This document shows positions 25,490 through 39,189 of a stretch of DNA of 64,000 bases, one piece after another. The DNA comes from Squalus acanthias. Its lineage: Eukaryota. The position numbers and the translations under genes are program-made. The DNA lies in the NCBI GenBank assembly GCA_030390025.1, contig JASTWF010000180.1:1-64000 (forward strand), given 5' to 3'. Position 1 is the stretch's first letter; every line of letters begins with the position of its first letter. The notes beneath the pieces are model-generated. The model had not been told where the DNA came from and did no database searches. It saw only the letters and a list, made by a program, of their open reading frames with translations.

Positions 25490-25654
25490 CACTGTGACAG
25501 CAATGAGCGGCACCGCTGTACAAAAACCTGGCCTCGGGAGGGACTCGCCCTGCTTTACAAAGATCATCTGTGTCATTGTTTACAAGACACCTGCCCGTTA
25601 GGTTAGAGAATGAAGATTTAATTGTATTATTGCCTCCGACAGCACATTGATCAA

Positions 25655-26160
25655 ACTATATTACATAGAATTTAAAGCACAGAAACAGGCCATTCGGCCC
25701 AACTGGTCAATGTCGGTGTTTATGCTCCACACGAGCCTCCTCCCACCCCTACTTCATCTCCACCTATCAGCATATCCGTCTCTTCCTTTATCCCTCCCTC
25801 TTTATCGAGCTTCCCCTAAAGGCATCTGTGCTATTCGCCGCAACTACCCCTTGTGGTAGCGAGTTCCACCTTCTAACCATTCTCTGGGGAAAGACGTATC
25901 TGCTGAATTGCCGAGTGGGTTTACTGGTGACTATCTTATATTTATGGTCCCTAGTTTAGGACTCCCCCCACAAGCAGAAACATATTCTCTACGTCTTCGC
26001 TATCGAACTCTTTCATAATTTTAACGAACTCTAGTTTGTCACCACTCAACCTCCGATTTTCTGGAGAAAAGAGCCCCAGCCGTTTCAACCTTTCCTGATA
26101 GTTACAACCTCTCAGTTCTGGTGTCATCCTTGTAAATCTTTTTAGCACGTTCTCCAGTGA
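25655..26160 (-). mobile_element. CR1 LINE 3' fragment
   Basis: RFTRMTPELRG..YQERLKRLGLFS..RRLSGD plus 3' tail. Confidence 0.8.
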
Positions 26161-26352
26161 TGGCGTCGTACCGATGGCGATCGGAAAGAAAGCAATATCA
26201 ATGGGGCATTTTTCTACCAATTAGTAATTTGTCCAGTTGTTCTCCAGCGGGTCTCCTTCTGGCCTAGTTGTGTGTGTTTTGTTACAATCTGTACCGCCGC
26301 TGGTCTGTGTTTATTGCCGCGAAAATTCTTCTTTTGTTTTTATTATTGAACC

Positions 26353-26780
26353 ACGTGGCTCAGTGGCAGCACTCGCACCTCTGAGTCAGATGGTCGTGGG
26401 TTCAAACCCCACTCCTGAGACTTGATCTGAAAATCTAGGCCGCCAGTACTGAGGGACTACTGCACTGTCGGAGGGGCCGTCTTTTGGACAAGACGTTAAA
26501 ACCAGGCACCGTCCGGCCTCTCAGGAGGACGTAAAAGATCCCATGGCACTATTTCGAAGAGCAGGAGTGTTCTCCCATGTGTCCTGTCCAATATTTATCC
26601 TTCATCCAACATCACTAAAAAAAGACCATTTGGTCATTATCACGTTGCTGTTTGTGAGATCTTGCTGTGCGCAAATTGGTTGCTGCATTACAAGTGATTA
26701 CAGTTCATTGGCTGTAAAGAATTTTGGGTCGTCCTGAAGTCGTGAAAGGCGCTGTATAAATTCAAATCCTTCTTGTTTTT
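26353..26780 (+). mobile_element. Deu-SINE copy
   Basis: Colinear with 24345-24805. Confidence 0.82.
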
Positions 26781-27008
26781 TTAATCATTATTTATACTAG
26801 TATTATTATCCATGTCAGGATGTTGTACATTGCTTGTGCATTACAGACTTGATCACTTCCCGACCCTTCCACTGACAGTCTCTGACGGTTGCTGGAATCT
26901 CCCTCCTGGTTCTGTTTACTGCTTGTGTTTCGGATACTTGAAACTGTCCCCAGTGCAGAAAAACACTGAGCCCATCTCTGGTGGGGAATCTCACATCGCC
27001 GTGACTAT

Positions 27009-27046
27009 CACAGTGGGAGCGGTATAGTCTCAGCTGTACAATAGCA
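27009..27046 (+). other. Orphan RSS-like element (CACAGTG-22-ACAATAGCA)
   Basis: Consensus heptamer, 22-nt spacer ending in GT like the other V RSSs, 6/9 nonamer. Preceded by atcgccgtgactat, a decayed AVYY-like stretch. Confidence 0.45.
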
Positions 27047-27557
27047 AGGGCTTTAGAATTACCATATTAAGATTTGAGAGCCTTGGGTAACGATGTTTAA
27101 ATGCTGGATGTAAAATTCCTTTCTCCGCTCTCTCAGCGAAGGGGTTAACTCGTTTCCTATAAATGGGCGAGCACTTCCGGTACAATAGGAGGAAGAGTAG
27201 AAAGAGTACACTGAGGCTAATGCATTAAGTAACTCGTAAATTAGAATCCCATCGCGCAGTTTCAGCGCCCTGACTTATAACCACCGCCTTTGCCTCAGTG
27301 CGAAGGGCAGTTTCGCTATCGGCGCCTTTTGGTCTTTTACTTCCTGTTTTAGTCAGAACAGCATATTCAGTCTGCGCTCCTATTCCATAAGAGAGAGATA
27401 GTGGCCGTTGACATCAGATGGACGGTCCCACCGCACAGATATTAGTTTTCAAACAGTGTCAGTTTTACGGAGGTGTCAACAGTTTGGTTTCATTTCGCCT
27501 TTTAGAGAAGTTCGAAGTCTGGCACAGAATCAGATTCTGAGGGAAAAAACTGCCGAA

Positions 27558-29220
27558 ATGTCAAAGGATTTCGGGGCTTTCGTTGTGATTCTTATTCTGA
27601 AATTCGGTGAGACGTTTAGTTCGTATTAAAATAAATATTTGGAAAATAAATATTTGTCTTATGGAAGGAGGGCCGGATGTAGAGAGAGAGGGATTGGATG
27701 GATGAGGGAATGATGGATGGATGGATGGACGAATGTTTGGAGAGAGAGCGCGGGAGAAAGGGAGGGACGGACGGATAGATGGATGGATTGGGTTGGATTG
27801 ATCATTCGCTTGGACTGGAGGGAGGTATGCAGTAGTGGTCCCCAGGGGTCGGTATTAATACCACTGCTCTTTTTGATATAAGTTAATGACTTGGACTTCA
27901 ATATACAGGGCTTAATTTCAAAGTTTGCAGATGACACAAAATTCGGAACTGTAGTAAAAATGAGGAGGATAGAAACGGATTTCAAGAGGACATAGATAGA
28001 TAGGTGAAATGGGCAGACGCATCGCAGATTAAATTTAACGCAGAGAATTGTGAAGTGATATATTTTGGTAGGAAGAATGAGGAGAGGCAATACACACTAA
28101 ATGATACAATTTTGAAGGGGGTGCAGGAACAGAGGGAGACCTGGGGGTGTATGTAGACAAATATTTGAAGGTGGACATGTTGAGAAGCCTGTGAAAAAGC
28201 AGATGGGCTTTATTAATAGGTATAAAGCACAAAAACAAAAAAAGTTATGCTAATCCTCTCTTAAACACTGGTTAGGCCTCAGCTGGAATATTGTGTTCCA
28301 TTAAGGACAACACTTTACGAAGTATGTCAAGGCCTTGGAGAGGGTGCTGAGGCGATTTACTAGAATGGGACCAGGGATGAGTCACGACAGTTATGTGCTG
28401 GGACTGGGGAAGCTGGGGTTGTTTTCTTTAGAGCAGAGAAGGGTAAGGGGAGTTTTGATAGAGGTGTTCAAAATCATGGACGTTTTGATAGAGTAAATAA
28501 GGAGACACTGTTTCCAGTGGCACTGGGGTCGGTAACCAGAGGACACAGATTTAAGGTGACTGGCAAAAGAACCAGAGGCGACATGAGGAAACATTCTTCT
28601 ACACAGCGAGTCATTGTGATCTGGAATGCACTGCCTGAAAGTGTGGTGGAAGCAGATTTAATAGTAACTTTCAAAAAGGAATTGGATAAATACTTGAAGG
28701 GAAAACATTTCCAAGGCTACGGGGAAAGAGCAGGGGAGTGGGACTAATTGTATAGCTGTACCAAAGAGCTGGCACAGGCGCGATGGGCCGAATAGCCTCC
28801 TTCTGTGCTGTATCATTCTCTGATACCAGGATTCTAGGATGAAGAGAGGGAGTGAGCAGATATTGGTGTCTCCGGTATCTAAGCCTCTATTTGTTTCCTT
28901 TTTATTTATGCAGGAGTGTGTTATTCGAATACAATTAAGCAACCGACAGCATCAGTACCATGCGTGGAGAAAGAACGCATGGTGTTGCCCTGTTCATACT
29001 CCACAGACAGCCGCCGATATGACCTGTTCTGGTATCGGCAAAGAACGGGGGAGGCGCCGGTGCTTTTAGTCACGAGGAATTCTGAGGGAGAAGAACAAAA
29101 ACCAGAGCGTGTGGGAGGCCGATTCTCTTCTACCCTCCGAGTATCGGATCGTTTCTTCAGTTTAACCCTGGCAGGTTTACAGCTGGGTGACAGTGCGATG
29201 TATTATTGTGTGCTGAAGAT
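27558..29220 (+). CDS. TCR V segment V3 (intact): leader 27558-27606, V exon 28914-29220; intron expanded by CR1
   Basis: Leader MSKDFGAFVVILILKF|GTGAGA, phase 1. V: NTIKQP...LPCSY...LFWYRQ...GRFS...LQLGDSAMYYCVLK. RSS CACAGTG(29221-29227)-23-ACGGAAACT(29251-29259). Confidence 0.88.
27660..28830 (+). mobile_element. GGAT/GA microsatellite followed by CR1 RT/3' fragment inside the V3 intron
   Basis: PQGSVL, KFADDTK, TRGHRFK motifs; simple repeat at 27660-27800. Confidence 0.85.
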
Positions 29221-29484
29221 CACAGTGCTTTAAACTGATACAGGCCCCGTACGGAAACTTTGGCTGGATTGTAACATACCCTGCGGGATGGAAGCTCAAT
29301 GTGTGTACAGTGAGACTTCATCACTGACAGGGCCAGAATCAGATACCGACAGTTTCCGGCTATGGGTTTGTAACAGGAAAAAAAAAGTTGACTGAAGTAA
29401 AATGACATTTGCGAATGTTTCGAAATCTGAACTAAAAAAATGTGGAAATGCATCTTTTGACATTCAAACAATGAGGATTGAGTG

Positions 29485-31410
29485 CAGCAGAGAGAGAGTG
29501 AGAGAAAGAGAAAGACACAAAAAAGTAGATAGAAAGAGTGATAGAGAGAGAGAGAGAGAGAAAGAGAGAAAAGGGTAAAAGACCGTTACATTTAGAGAAA
29601 GAGACAGAACGGGGGACAAAGATTGAGGGGGCAAGTGGAGAGAGAGAGATAGAGTGAGGGAGACAGAGAGAAAAAGACACATAGAGAGGCAGAGGAACAG
29701 AGAGAGAGGGAGAGAGATACAAATCGCGNNNNNNNNNNNNNNNNNNNNNNNNNNNNNNNNNNNNNNNNNNNNNNNNNNNNNNNNNNNNNNNNNNNNNNNN
29801 NNNNNNNNNNNNNNNNNNNNNNNNNNNNNNNNNNNNNNNNNNNNNNNNNNNNNNNNNNNNNNNNNNNNNNGACAGAGGGGGCATTTTTATTCCTCTTAAT
29901 TGATTTCTGATTTCCAGATTTATTTTTAAATCCTGTCCTATTGTGTGATATCAATGTAACTGAATAAGGGTTTGACGGGTCGACGGACATGGAGCTGTCA
30001 ACGGCCCCATTGCGGAAACCGCTGGTTTAACTGCTCTGTGTGGATATGGGGAACTGAACAGAGAAAACGGTTAACAGGTGCGCGTCTCTCGGACATTGAG
30101 GTTAGAAGGTGAGAAATGTGTGGTTCTTGAAAGCGGGCAGTCTCAGGCACTCCGGGTCACCTCCCCGTTACTGGTTGTTGCTGTTACACGATAAGAAGAT
30201 AGGAAGGTGTAACACAGAAATAGGAGGAGTTCATTCACCCGCCCATTTTACACCATTATCTTGTTAAGCACGGCAGGATTTAATCATTTTAATCCCAATT
30301 CTCTTCACTACATCAATACAAAGTGTCCTTTAAAACTCCTCAACTGATCTGCGGGTGTGGCCTTCTGTGCTGAACTTACCTTTTTATGACAGGAATTTGA
30401 GAATTATTCCTCTGTTTTTCCGTCTGTCTGCCTCTCTCTCTCAGTCTTTGTCCATCTGTGTTCCTCTCTGCCTTTCTGCCTCTCTCCCTCTCTGTTCCTC
30501 TCTGCTCGTCTGTCTGTCTCTCTTTCTCTCTTTGTGTTCCTCTTTTTCTGTCTGTCTCTCACTCTCTGTACCTCTCTGCCTATCTGCCTCTCGCTCTCTC
30601 TCTCTCGCTCTGTTCCTCTCTGCCTATTCCTCTGTCTCTCTGTTCCTCTCTGCCTATCTATCTGACCCTCACTATCTGTACCTCTCTGCCTATCTGACTC
30701 TCGCTCTCTCTCTCGCTATGTTCTTCTCTGCCTCTCTCTCCCGCTGTTCCTCTCTGTCTGCATGTCCGTCACTCTCTCTGGCNNNNNNNNNNNNNNNNNN
30801 NNNNNNNNNNNNNNNNNNNNNNNNNNNNNNNNNNNNNNNNNNNNNNNNNNNNNNNNNNNNNNNNNNNNNNNNNNNNNNNNNNNNNNNNNNNNNNNNNNNN
30901 NNNNNNNNNNNNNNNNNNNNNNNNNNNNNNNNNNNNNNNNNNNNNNATGCCTCTTTCTCTCCCTCTGTTCCTCGGTTCCTCTCTGCCTGCTTATCTGTTA
31001 CTCTCTCTCGCTCTGTTCCTCTCTGCCTATCCTTCCCTTTTTATGTTCCTCTCTGACTGTCTGTCTCCCTCTGTTTCTTTCCCTCTGCCACTTTTTCCAA
31101 CTGTCTCTCTCTGTCTATGTATTTTTAAGATAAATTCTTCTTTGGAAACATTAGGAACAGGAGTAGACCATTCAGACCCTCGAGCCTGAATTCAATTCGA
31201 TCAGCGCTGATCTGTTACTTAACTCAATTTACCCGCCTTAACAAACTCCTAAACCGATCTGCGATTGTGGCTTTCTCTGCTGAACCTATATTTTTACTGT
31301 AGGAAATTGATAATTCTTTCTCTGTCTGTCAATCGATTTCTCTCTCTCTCTCTCTCCGTCTCTCTCTCTCTCTCCCTCTGCCTCTTTCTCCGTCTGTCCC
31401 TCTCCGTCTC
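29485..31410. repeat. GA/CT-rich simple repeats with assembly gaps (N at 29729-29870 and 30783-30946) and locally duplicated CR1-tail units
   Basis: Visible low complexity; 30335-30425 resembles 31243-31330. Confidence 0.8.
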
Positions 31411-31591
31411 TGTACTTTTAATATAAATTCTTCTTCTATAGGAACAGGAGGAGGCTATTCAGCCCCTCGAGCTTGCCCCGAATATCAATAAGATCATTGC
31501 TGATCTGCCCATCAACCTCATTTACCCGCCTTGCCTCCAGATCACGTGACATCCTTACGCAACAAAGGAGAAGCAACACTGAGAGGCGGAT

Positions 31592-31675
31592 TACCCGGAG
31601 CGGAGCTGGAACCCAGGTCAACACTCAGTCCTTTGGATTTTAAATCCAACACCTTAACCACTCGGCCACCCTGGT
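31592..31675 (-). tRNA. tRNA-Leu(TAA)-derived sequence, probably a pseudogene
   Basis: Minus strand ACCAGGGTGGCCGAGTGGTTAAGGTGTTGGATTTAAAATCCAAAGGACTGAGTGTTGACCTGGGTTCCAGCTCCGCTCCGGGTA. D-arm is intact, the anticodon stem TTGGA/TCCAA encloses TAA and there is a long variable arm, but the T-loop is TTCCAGC and the acceptor/T stems are mismatched. Confidence 0.8.
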
Positions 31676-33264
31676 GTGTTCCTGTTTAATGAACACAAAC
31701 CATTCTCCCTGTCAATGGACCAGAGAGAAAACATTCCTGTAGTTGCTCCGTGTCTGCTTACGTGAAAAGTTCCTTTGTTCGCGATTTTCAGCGAAATGAA
31801 GAACAAAATCTCCAGTTTGAAATGAGCAACAAGTTCTTTTTGATATTAAAACTGTGGCTATTTCCCCGGCATTACCTGTACCTGCCAAGTGAGATGTTTC
31901 GGGACCAATTAAACTAACCGGGGACAGTAGCATAGCGGCTATGTTACTACACCAGTTGTCCAGAATCATAAGCTAATGATTTATGATAATCTGTGAATTC
32001 AAATCCCACCACTGGCAGCTAGGGAATTCAGTTTCAGTTCCTTAAATAAATCTGGAATTAAAAAGTCGTATCAGTACTGGCGGCTATGAAATTGCAAGAT
32101 TGTTATAAAAAAAACATCCATTTCACTTTTGACGGTCTGGCCGATGTTTGACTCCAGACCCCCAGCAATGTGGTTGGCTTTTAACTCCCTATGAAATGAC
32201 CTAGCAAGCCGCGCAGATCTACCAAACCGCTGTGACAGAGTATAATGGGGAAGTTTTTGCGGTGGGTTTTCTGGCATACAATATGCCATCATACCGCCTT
32301 TGAAATGTACTACAAGTTCTGGATTTCCGCGTGCATTAAATCCCGAACTTGCGATCTGTCAAGGTACGCCTTGACAGATGACCCGCACCAACGGGGAAAT
32401 ACTCATTGCTGGCGCAGAGTTGGGCGAATTGCCCAGCAATTACGTCCGAAAATGTTACGGTTTGTGAAAGCAGGCGCAGGAGCCTGTTTCACATCTTAAA
32501 AGAGGATCTGTGTCTGTATACTGTGTACGTTTTGGTGGAGCAAACATTTTTTGTCGGTCGAGTTTCATTTTAATTACTTGGGAAGTTGAATAAGAAGGTA
32601 AAATAAAGTGAACATCTATCAGATTTCAGCGACCGATTCTGTCCTTTCACCAGAACAAACAATATAGAGCATTTATAACAAGGAAAATAGATTTCTCTAT
32701 TACCAGTCTAAATGAGGTCTGAATTATCTATTTTAGGCCTGAAAATTAACATTGAACATATGGCTGGGAATCTCTCTGAAGTTTAACAACATTACTTGTT
32801 GGAGATATAAAACATTGTTAGAGCTTTACTGAGTATCAAAGCAGGAAGTTGTATATCTAGGGACTAATAAATTGTGAGTTTATATAGAAAAAATAAAGCA
32901 AAATTATGTGTGCGGATTATTTCCAAAATCCAGTAGAAGTTATACAGTGAGGATGATTGTGAAAATGACCTGCTGACAAATCACTGCACTTTTGATGTAG
33001 CCACGAACTTTAATTCACACTGAAATTTGCTGTGACACATAAACCTCTTTAAGATCATTTCAGTCAGTGTCCTCTTAAAATCTGCTTATTAGCTGGTCGA
33101 ATGTATTAGTCGCCCTTGCAGAAAAACATTGAAACCTTTCTGGTATCACTTCAGAATCAAACACATTTTTTTTAACAAGGTTTTAGAGGCTTCTAAATGT
33201 AATTTCACTGGAAGAGACTGAAAGAAGTTTCTCTGGGCGTGGCTTAGTGTTGACAGCTTTTGTG

Positions 33265-34000
33265 GGCTTATCTTGGAGGGGAAGGTGTTCCCAGACGCAT
33301 GCTGCCCTTGTCCTTCTTGGTGGAAGAGGTCGCGGGTTTGGGAGGCGCTGTTGAAGAAGCCTTGGCGAGTTGCTGCAGTGCATGGTACACACTGCAGCCA
33401 CGGTACCTCATTTTTCGGTACGCCTGGCGCTGCTCCTGGCATCCTCTACTCCTTATTGAACCAGGGTTGGTCCCCTGGCTTGGTGGTAATGGTAGAGTGA
33501 GGGATATGCCGGTACAGATTGTGGTGCTGCTGATGGGGCAAAGCGCCTCATGGATGCGCAGTTTTGAGCTGCTAGAATCTGTTCGGAATCTATCCCATTA
33601 AGCACGGGTGGTAGTGCCACACAACACGATGGAGCGTGTCTTCAGTGTGAAGACCGGACTTGGTCTCCATAATGATTGTGCGGTGGTCACTGCTACCAAT
33701 ACTGCACCTGGCACAGGTGAAGGCGAGGGCAAGTAGGATTTTCCCCTCGTGGTAGCTACGTCCTTCAGGCTCAGCAAGTAGTGGTGCTACCGAGCCACTC
33801 TTGGCGATAGACATTGAAGTCCCCCACCCAGAGTATATTGCTCCTTTCAATGCTTCTTCCAAGTGGTGCCCAACATGGAGGAGTACTGATTCATCAGCTG
33901 AGGGAGGGCGGTAGGTGGTAATCAACAGGAGGTTTCCTTGCCCATGCTTGACCTGAAACCATGAGACTTCATGGGGTCCGGAGTTAATGTTGAGGACTTT
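33265..34000 (-). mobile_element. L2/CR1-group LINE fragments
   Basis: AAVCT.HCSNSPRLL and APE-like ITTYRPPSADESVL. Confidence 0.75.
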
Positions 34001-34344
34001 GTAGGGTTGAGTGTGCCGTGTTTGTAGCCGGTGACCGGTTTCATTCTTATTATTGTGTTTCGTAGCGGTTTGTTACAACTGTGCTGTATATCTGGAGTCA
34101 GATATAGGCCAGACCAAGTAAGGACGGCAGATTCGTTTTTACGACAATCCGATGGTTTCATGGTTACCATTATTCCATAATTTTTATTCCAGATTTTATT
34201 TAATTAACTAAAATTAATTTCCCCAGCTGCCGTGGTGGGATTTGAACTCATGTCTCGGAACCATAAATTCAAGCCTTTGGATTACTATTCCAGTGACATT
34301 ACCACTACGCTACCGTTCCCTCTGAAGAAACATTAACAGTAACA

Positions 34345-37240
34345 AAGGCACAGAATGTACTCTGGGTGGGGGACTTCAATGTCCATCCCAAAGAGGGGCT
34401 CGGTAGCATCACTACTGACTGAGTTGGCCGAGTCCTGAATGCAGAGGAGACTTCCGAGGTTATTGCCAGGAATGGAGTATTTTAGCTATGAAGAAATGTT
34501 GGATAGGCTGGGGATGTTTTCCATGGAACGGAAGAGGCTGAGTGGAGACTTAATTGAGATGTATAAAACTGTAAGGGGCCGAAAAAGAGTGGATTTTCCC
34601 TTAGCAGAGAGGCCAATAACCAGGAGGCATAAATTTAAATTAATTGGTAGAAGGATTAGAGGGGAGTTGGAGAGAATCTTTTTCACCCAGAGTGCGGTGG
34701 GGGTTTGGAACGCACTGCCTGAAAGGATGGTAGAGGCAAATACAATCGTCACATTTAAGAAGTGCTCCGACATGCCTTTGGAATGCCGTAACTTGCGACG
34801 CTACGGACCGAGAGCTGGAAAGTGGGATTATGCTGGAGAGCTCTTTTGCGACCGGCGCAGACACCATGGGCCGAATGGCCTCCTTCCCTTCCGTAACTTG
34901 TTATGATTCTATGATTATATGCCCAATGGGCCTGTGGCACGTGTTGAGAGAAGCAACACGAGGGAAAAATCTGGCCTCATCCTCACAAATCTACATGTCG
35001 CAGATGCATCTGTCCATAACAATATTGATAGCAGTGATCACCGCACAGTCCTTCTGGAGATAAAGTCCCATCTTCACACCGAGGACACTCGGCGTCGTGT
35101 TGTGTGGCACTTCCACCGTGCGGAATGGGATAGATTCAGAATAGATCTAGCTGCTCAAAACTGGGCATCAATGAGGCGCTGTGGGCCATCTGCAGCAGCA
35201 ACATTTTATTCCGCCACAATTTAGAACCCATAGCCCGGCATATTCCTCACTTACCATTGCCATCAAGCCAGGGGACCAACCCTGGTTCAATGAGGAGAGT
35301 AGAAGAGCATTCCCGGAGCAGCACCTGGCGTACATTAAAATGAGGTGCCAACCTGGGGAAGATACAACACAGGACTACATGCATGCTAACAGTGGAAGGA
35401 GCATGAAATAGACAGAGCTAAACGATCCCACAACCAACGCATCAGATCAAAGCTCTGCAGTCCTGCCACATCCAGCCGTGAATGGTGATGGACAATTGAA
35501 CAAATAACGGGAGGAGGAGGCTCCATGAACATTCCCATTCTCAATGATGGCGGAGTCCAGCAGATGAGTGCAAAAGACAACTCTGAAGCGATTGCAACCA
35601 TCATCAGACAGATGTGCGGAGTGGATGATCCATATCGGCTTCCTCCTGAGGTTCCCACCATCACAGAAGCCATTCTGCAGCAAATCGATTCACTCCGCGT
35701 GATATCAAGAAACGACTGAGCATACTGGATACAGAAAAGGTTATGATCCCGACAACATCCCGACTGTCGTGCTGAAGACATGTGCTCCAGAACTAGCTGC
35801 GCCTCTAGCCAATTTGTTCCAGTACAGCTACAACACTGGCATCTACAGAAAAATTGGAAATTGCCCAGGTATGTCCTCTCCACAAAAAGTACGACGAATC
35901 CAATTCGGCCAATTACCGTCCTATCAGTCTACTCTCAATCATCAGCGAAGTGATGGAAGGTGTCGTCGACACTGCTTTCAAGCGACACTTACTCACAATA
36001 ACCTGCTCACCGATGCTCAATTTGGGTTCCGCCAGGACCACTCTGCTCCAGTCCTCATTACAGTCCTGGTCCAAACATGGACAAACGAGCTGAATTCCGG
36101 AGGTGAGGTGAGAGTGACTGCCCTTGACATGGAGGCAGCAATTGACCGAGTGTGGTATCAAGGAGCCCGTGTGAAATTGAAGTCAATGCGAATCAGGATG
36201 AAAACGCTCCACTGGCTGGAGTCATACCTAGCACAAAGGAAGATGGTTGTGGTTGTTGGAGGCCAATCATCTCAGCGCCACGACGTCGCTGCAGGAGTTC
36301 CTCAGGGCAGTGTCCTAGGCCCAACCATCATCAGCTGCTTCATCAATGACCTTCCCTCCATCATAAGGTCAGAAGTGGGGATGCTCGCTGATGATTGCAC
36401 AGTTTTCAGTACCATTCGCAATTCCCCAGTTAATTGAAGCAGTCCGTGCCCGCATGCAGCAAGACCTGGACAACATTCAGGCTTGGGCTGAAAAGTGGCG
36501 AGTAACTTTCGCGCCACACAGTGCCAGGCAATGACTATCTCCAGCAAGAGAGGGTCTAACCACATTCACTTCACACTAACTGGCATTAGCGTCGTCGAAT
36601 CCCCCAGCATCAACATCCTGGGGGTCACCGTTGACCAGAGACTTAACCGGACCAGCCACATAAATTCAGTGGCTACAAGAGCAGGTTAGAAGTTGGGTAT
36701 TCTGCGGCGAGTGACTCAGCTCCTGCCTCCCCAAAGCCTTCCGACCATCTACAAGGCACAAGTCAGGAGTGTGATGGAATATTCTGCGCTTGCCTGGATG
36801 AGTGCAGCTCCAACAAGACTCAACAATCTCGAGACCATTCATCACAAAGCGGTACCCGATCCCCCACCTTAAACTTTCACTCCCTCCACACCGGCGGATC
36901 CTGAATGCAGTGTGTACCCAAGGCTTCTTCGGCAGCGCCTCCCAAACCCGCGCCCTCTACTACCTAGAAGGAGAAGGGCAGCAGCCACATGGGACACCAC
37001 CACCTGCAAGTTCCTCTCCAAGTCACACACCATCCTGACTTGAAAATATAACTCTGTTTCTTTTTCATCGTTAGGTCATAATCCTGGAACTCCCTCCCTA
37101 ACAGCACTGTGGGAATACCTTCAAAATTTTGACGGCTGCAGTTCAAGACGGCGGCTCACCACCAGTTTCTCAAGGGCTATTAGGAATGGGCAATAAATGC
37201 CAGCGACGCCATATCCCCAGAATGAATAAAAAAAGATATA
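34345..37240 (+). mobile_element. Degenerate L2/CR1-group LINE (APE-RT) interrupted by a CR1 3' fragment at ~34440-34915
   Basis: WVGDFN, SDH, NYRPISLLS, QFGFRQ, GVPQGSVLGP, LADD; A-rich end at ~37225-37237. Confidence 0.88.
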
Positions 37241-37994
37241 AAATTTTATAAAACTCTTGGCCGCCGCGATCTCTCAGGAAAGCGTTGTCATGATTTTCAC
37301 TTTCAGATGTTGACTGTCTTGTGTTACATTTCAATCACGTGCTGATTGAATAATATTTCCAGGATTGCAATTCACTCTATCTTTTTCTACTCTTATCGCC
37401 GCTTTACAACACCCCTTATCCCATCCTCACACACACCGAGCACAAAAAGGGTTCCAGAAAAGTTATAATAACTTATACTATCGAGGTTATTGCTGCCATA
37501 TTGCCCTTGCTTTAATAAGCAATAGATGGAAACCGTTGCTCAGGGTTACCAACCGCAAGAGGAACTCGGTTGAACTCACACATTTCATCGTGGATTTTAT
37601 TATCAATACAGCTGACATCCTGCGGTTTTCGTTTTTTAGCGCCCAAAAAACTAGGTCATCAGATGCCTTGTTTTGCAGGATGTGGGTAAAGAGGACATGG
37701 AGGAGAGGAATTGAGCAGCTTAATGAAGCTAAAGGACGTTAAATGAAAAGGCGAGCTGCTTTGGGTTCAGTACTATGTTGTCTGCTCAGAAGTAGAGACC
37801 CTTTAAAGGTCTGAGCTAAAGTAGTGTTCTGGGATTGGTGCAAAGAGCCTCCAATCCGCTCCCGTGAAAGACGCAGAATCCCACTGGCCCACTCAAATAA
37901 ATAACAGTGAGACCGCCCCAGGAGGTACGATAATCGTATGCTATTTTTACGAACAATGATAGATAGGAAAAGTCCATACAGCCTGTCCCACAGA

Positions 37995-38358
37995 TCCTCA
38001 AATGCCACTGAAGTAATGTTTAAGTGTAGTCGCTGTTGTAATGTCGGAAACTGTTGTAATGTAGCCAATATGCGCACAGCAAGCTTCCACAAATAACAAG
38101 GTGATAATCTGTTTTCAGTGATGTTAGTTCAGGGATAAATATTGGCCTCAGGATACCGGGGTGACTGCCCCGGCTATTCTTCGAAATGGTGCTGTAGAAT
38201 CTTCAACATACACCTGAGAGGGCAGAAGGGTTCTTAGTCTAAGGTCTCATCCGAAAGTACTGCGCTGGGAGTGTCAGCCTGGAGTCTCTGGGGTGGGACT
38301 TCGACCAGAGCCTTCTGACTCAGATGCGACAGGGAGACCGACTGAGCCACGGCTGACA
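37995..38358 (-). mobile_element. Deu-SINE copy
   Basis: Reverse complement matches the tRNA head and Deu core of 24345-24805. Confidence 0.78.
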
Positions 38359-38461
38359 CTTTTTAAAAAGGGTCTGTTCCCTTGAACTGCAGGCACCGTC
38401 TGCGACAGTTTTATTTTGCTGAGGTTTTTGTACAGCGACAGTTGAGTTTTAAAACACTGTT

Positions 38462-38906
38462 GATTCTCAACCAGCAGTAATATATGGCGGTGTCCTGGAT
38501 TTCCGCTCGAGTAATCGATAAAGGAAACTTCTTTTCTGCGTTGGTCTGGTCGGCCTCGAATTTTCCCGTGGCAAAATCGGCATCCTTTTTCCTGCTGTTA
38601 TCTCTGTACAAAATAAATCGCAGCGCCTGGTTCGTGTACTGCTGGTACCAGTACAGATCGGGGTTACTGTCGCTTGTTGTGTAGCTACAGTTTATTTTCA
38701 CACAATCTCCTTCAGTGACATAGAGCGTGGTCTGAGTATGTGACCTCCGAATCTGCCTTAATCTCCCCTGAAATAAAAGTTAACTGAGTGTTGAATACAA
38801 TACTGAGATAGAAAGTGTATAAACATCACATTAGTGCAAACAGACACAAGGCCTGGCCATACCTACCGAACACCAGCCACAATATAACGAGGTGACGGTA
38901 CGACAT
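38462..38906 (-). pseudogene. TCR V segment V4: FR1 frameshift and mutated heptamer
   Basis: Leader MSYRHLVILWLVF (38906-38867). The V exon from 38767 has a +1 shift before VKINCSY...LYWYQQ...DTAIYYCWL. RSS AACAGTG-23-ACAAAAACC. Confidence 0.87.
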
Positions 38907-39189
38907 GGGCTCTATTAGATCTTCACCAACAACCCCTTGGAAGAGGAGTTCTATTTCCTGTTGCAATCTGTTGTACGGAGTAAAGTAAGAAATTGTTCGA
39001 CTGGAAGGTATAACAGAAGGCGAGGAAGTGACTCGTGCAATTCTGTATCTGGTAAAACTACCGAATGCATGAATTGGGTAACAGCATTTTAACAGAAGTG
39101 ATGATTCTTCAGATGTAGATTCTCTACTTCCTCCTACGTCCTCTGTCGACATCACTCAGAATGTCACTCAGTATATTAAAGGAGGAGAG

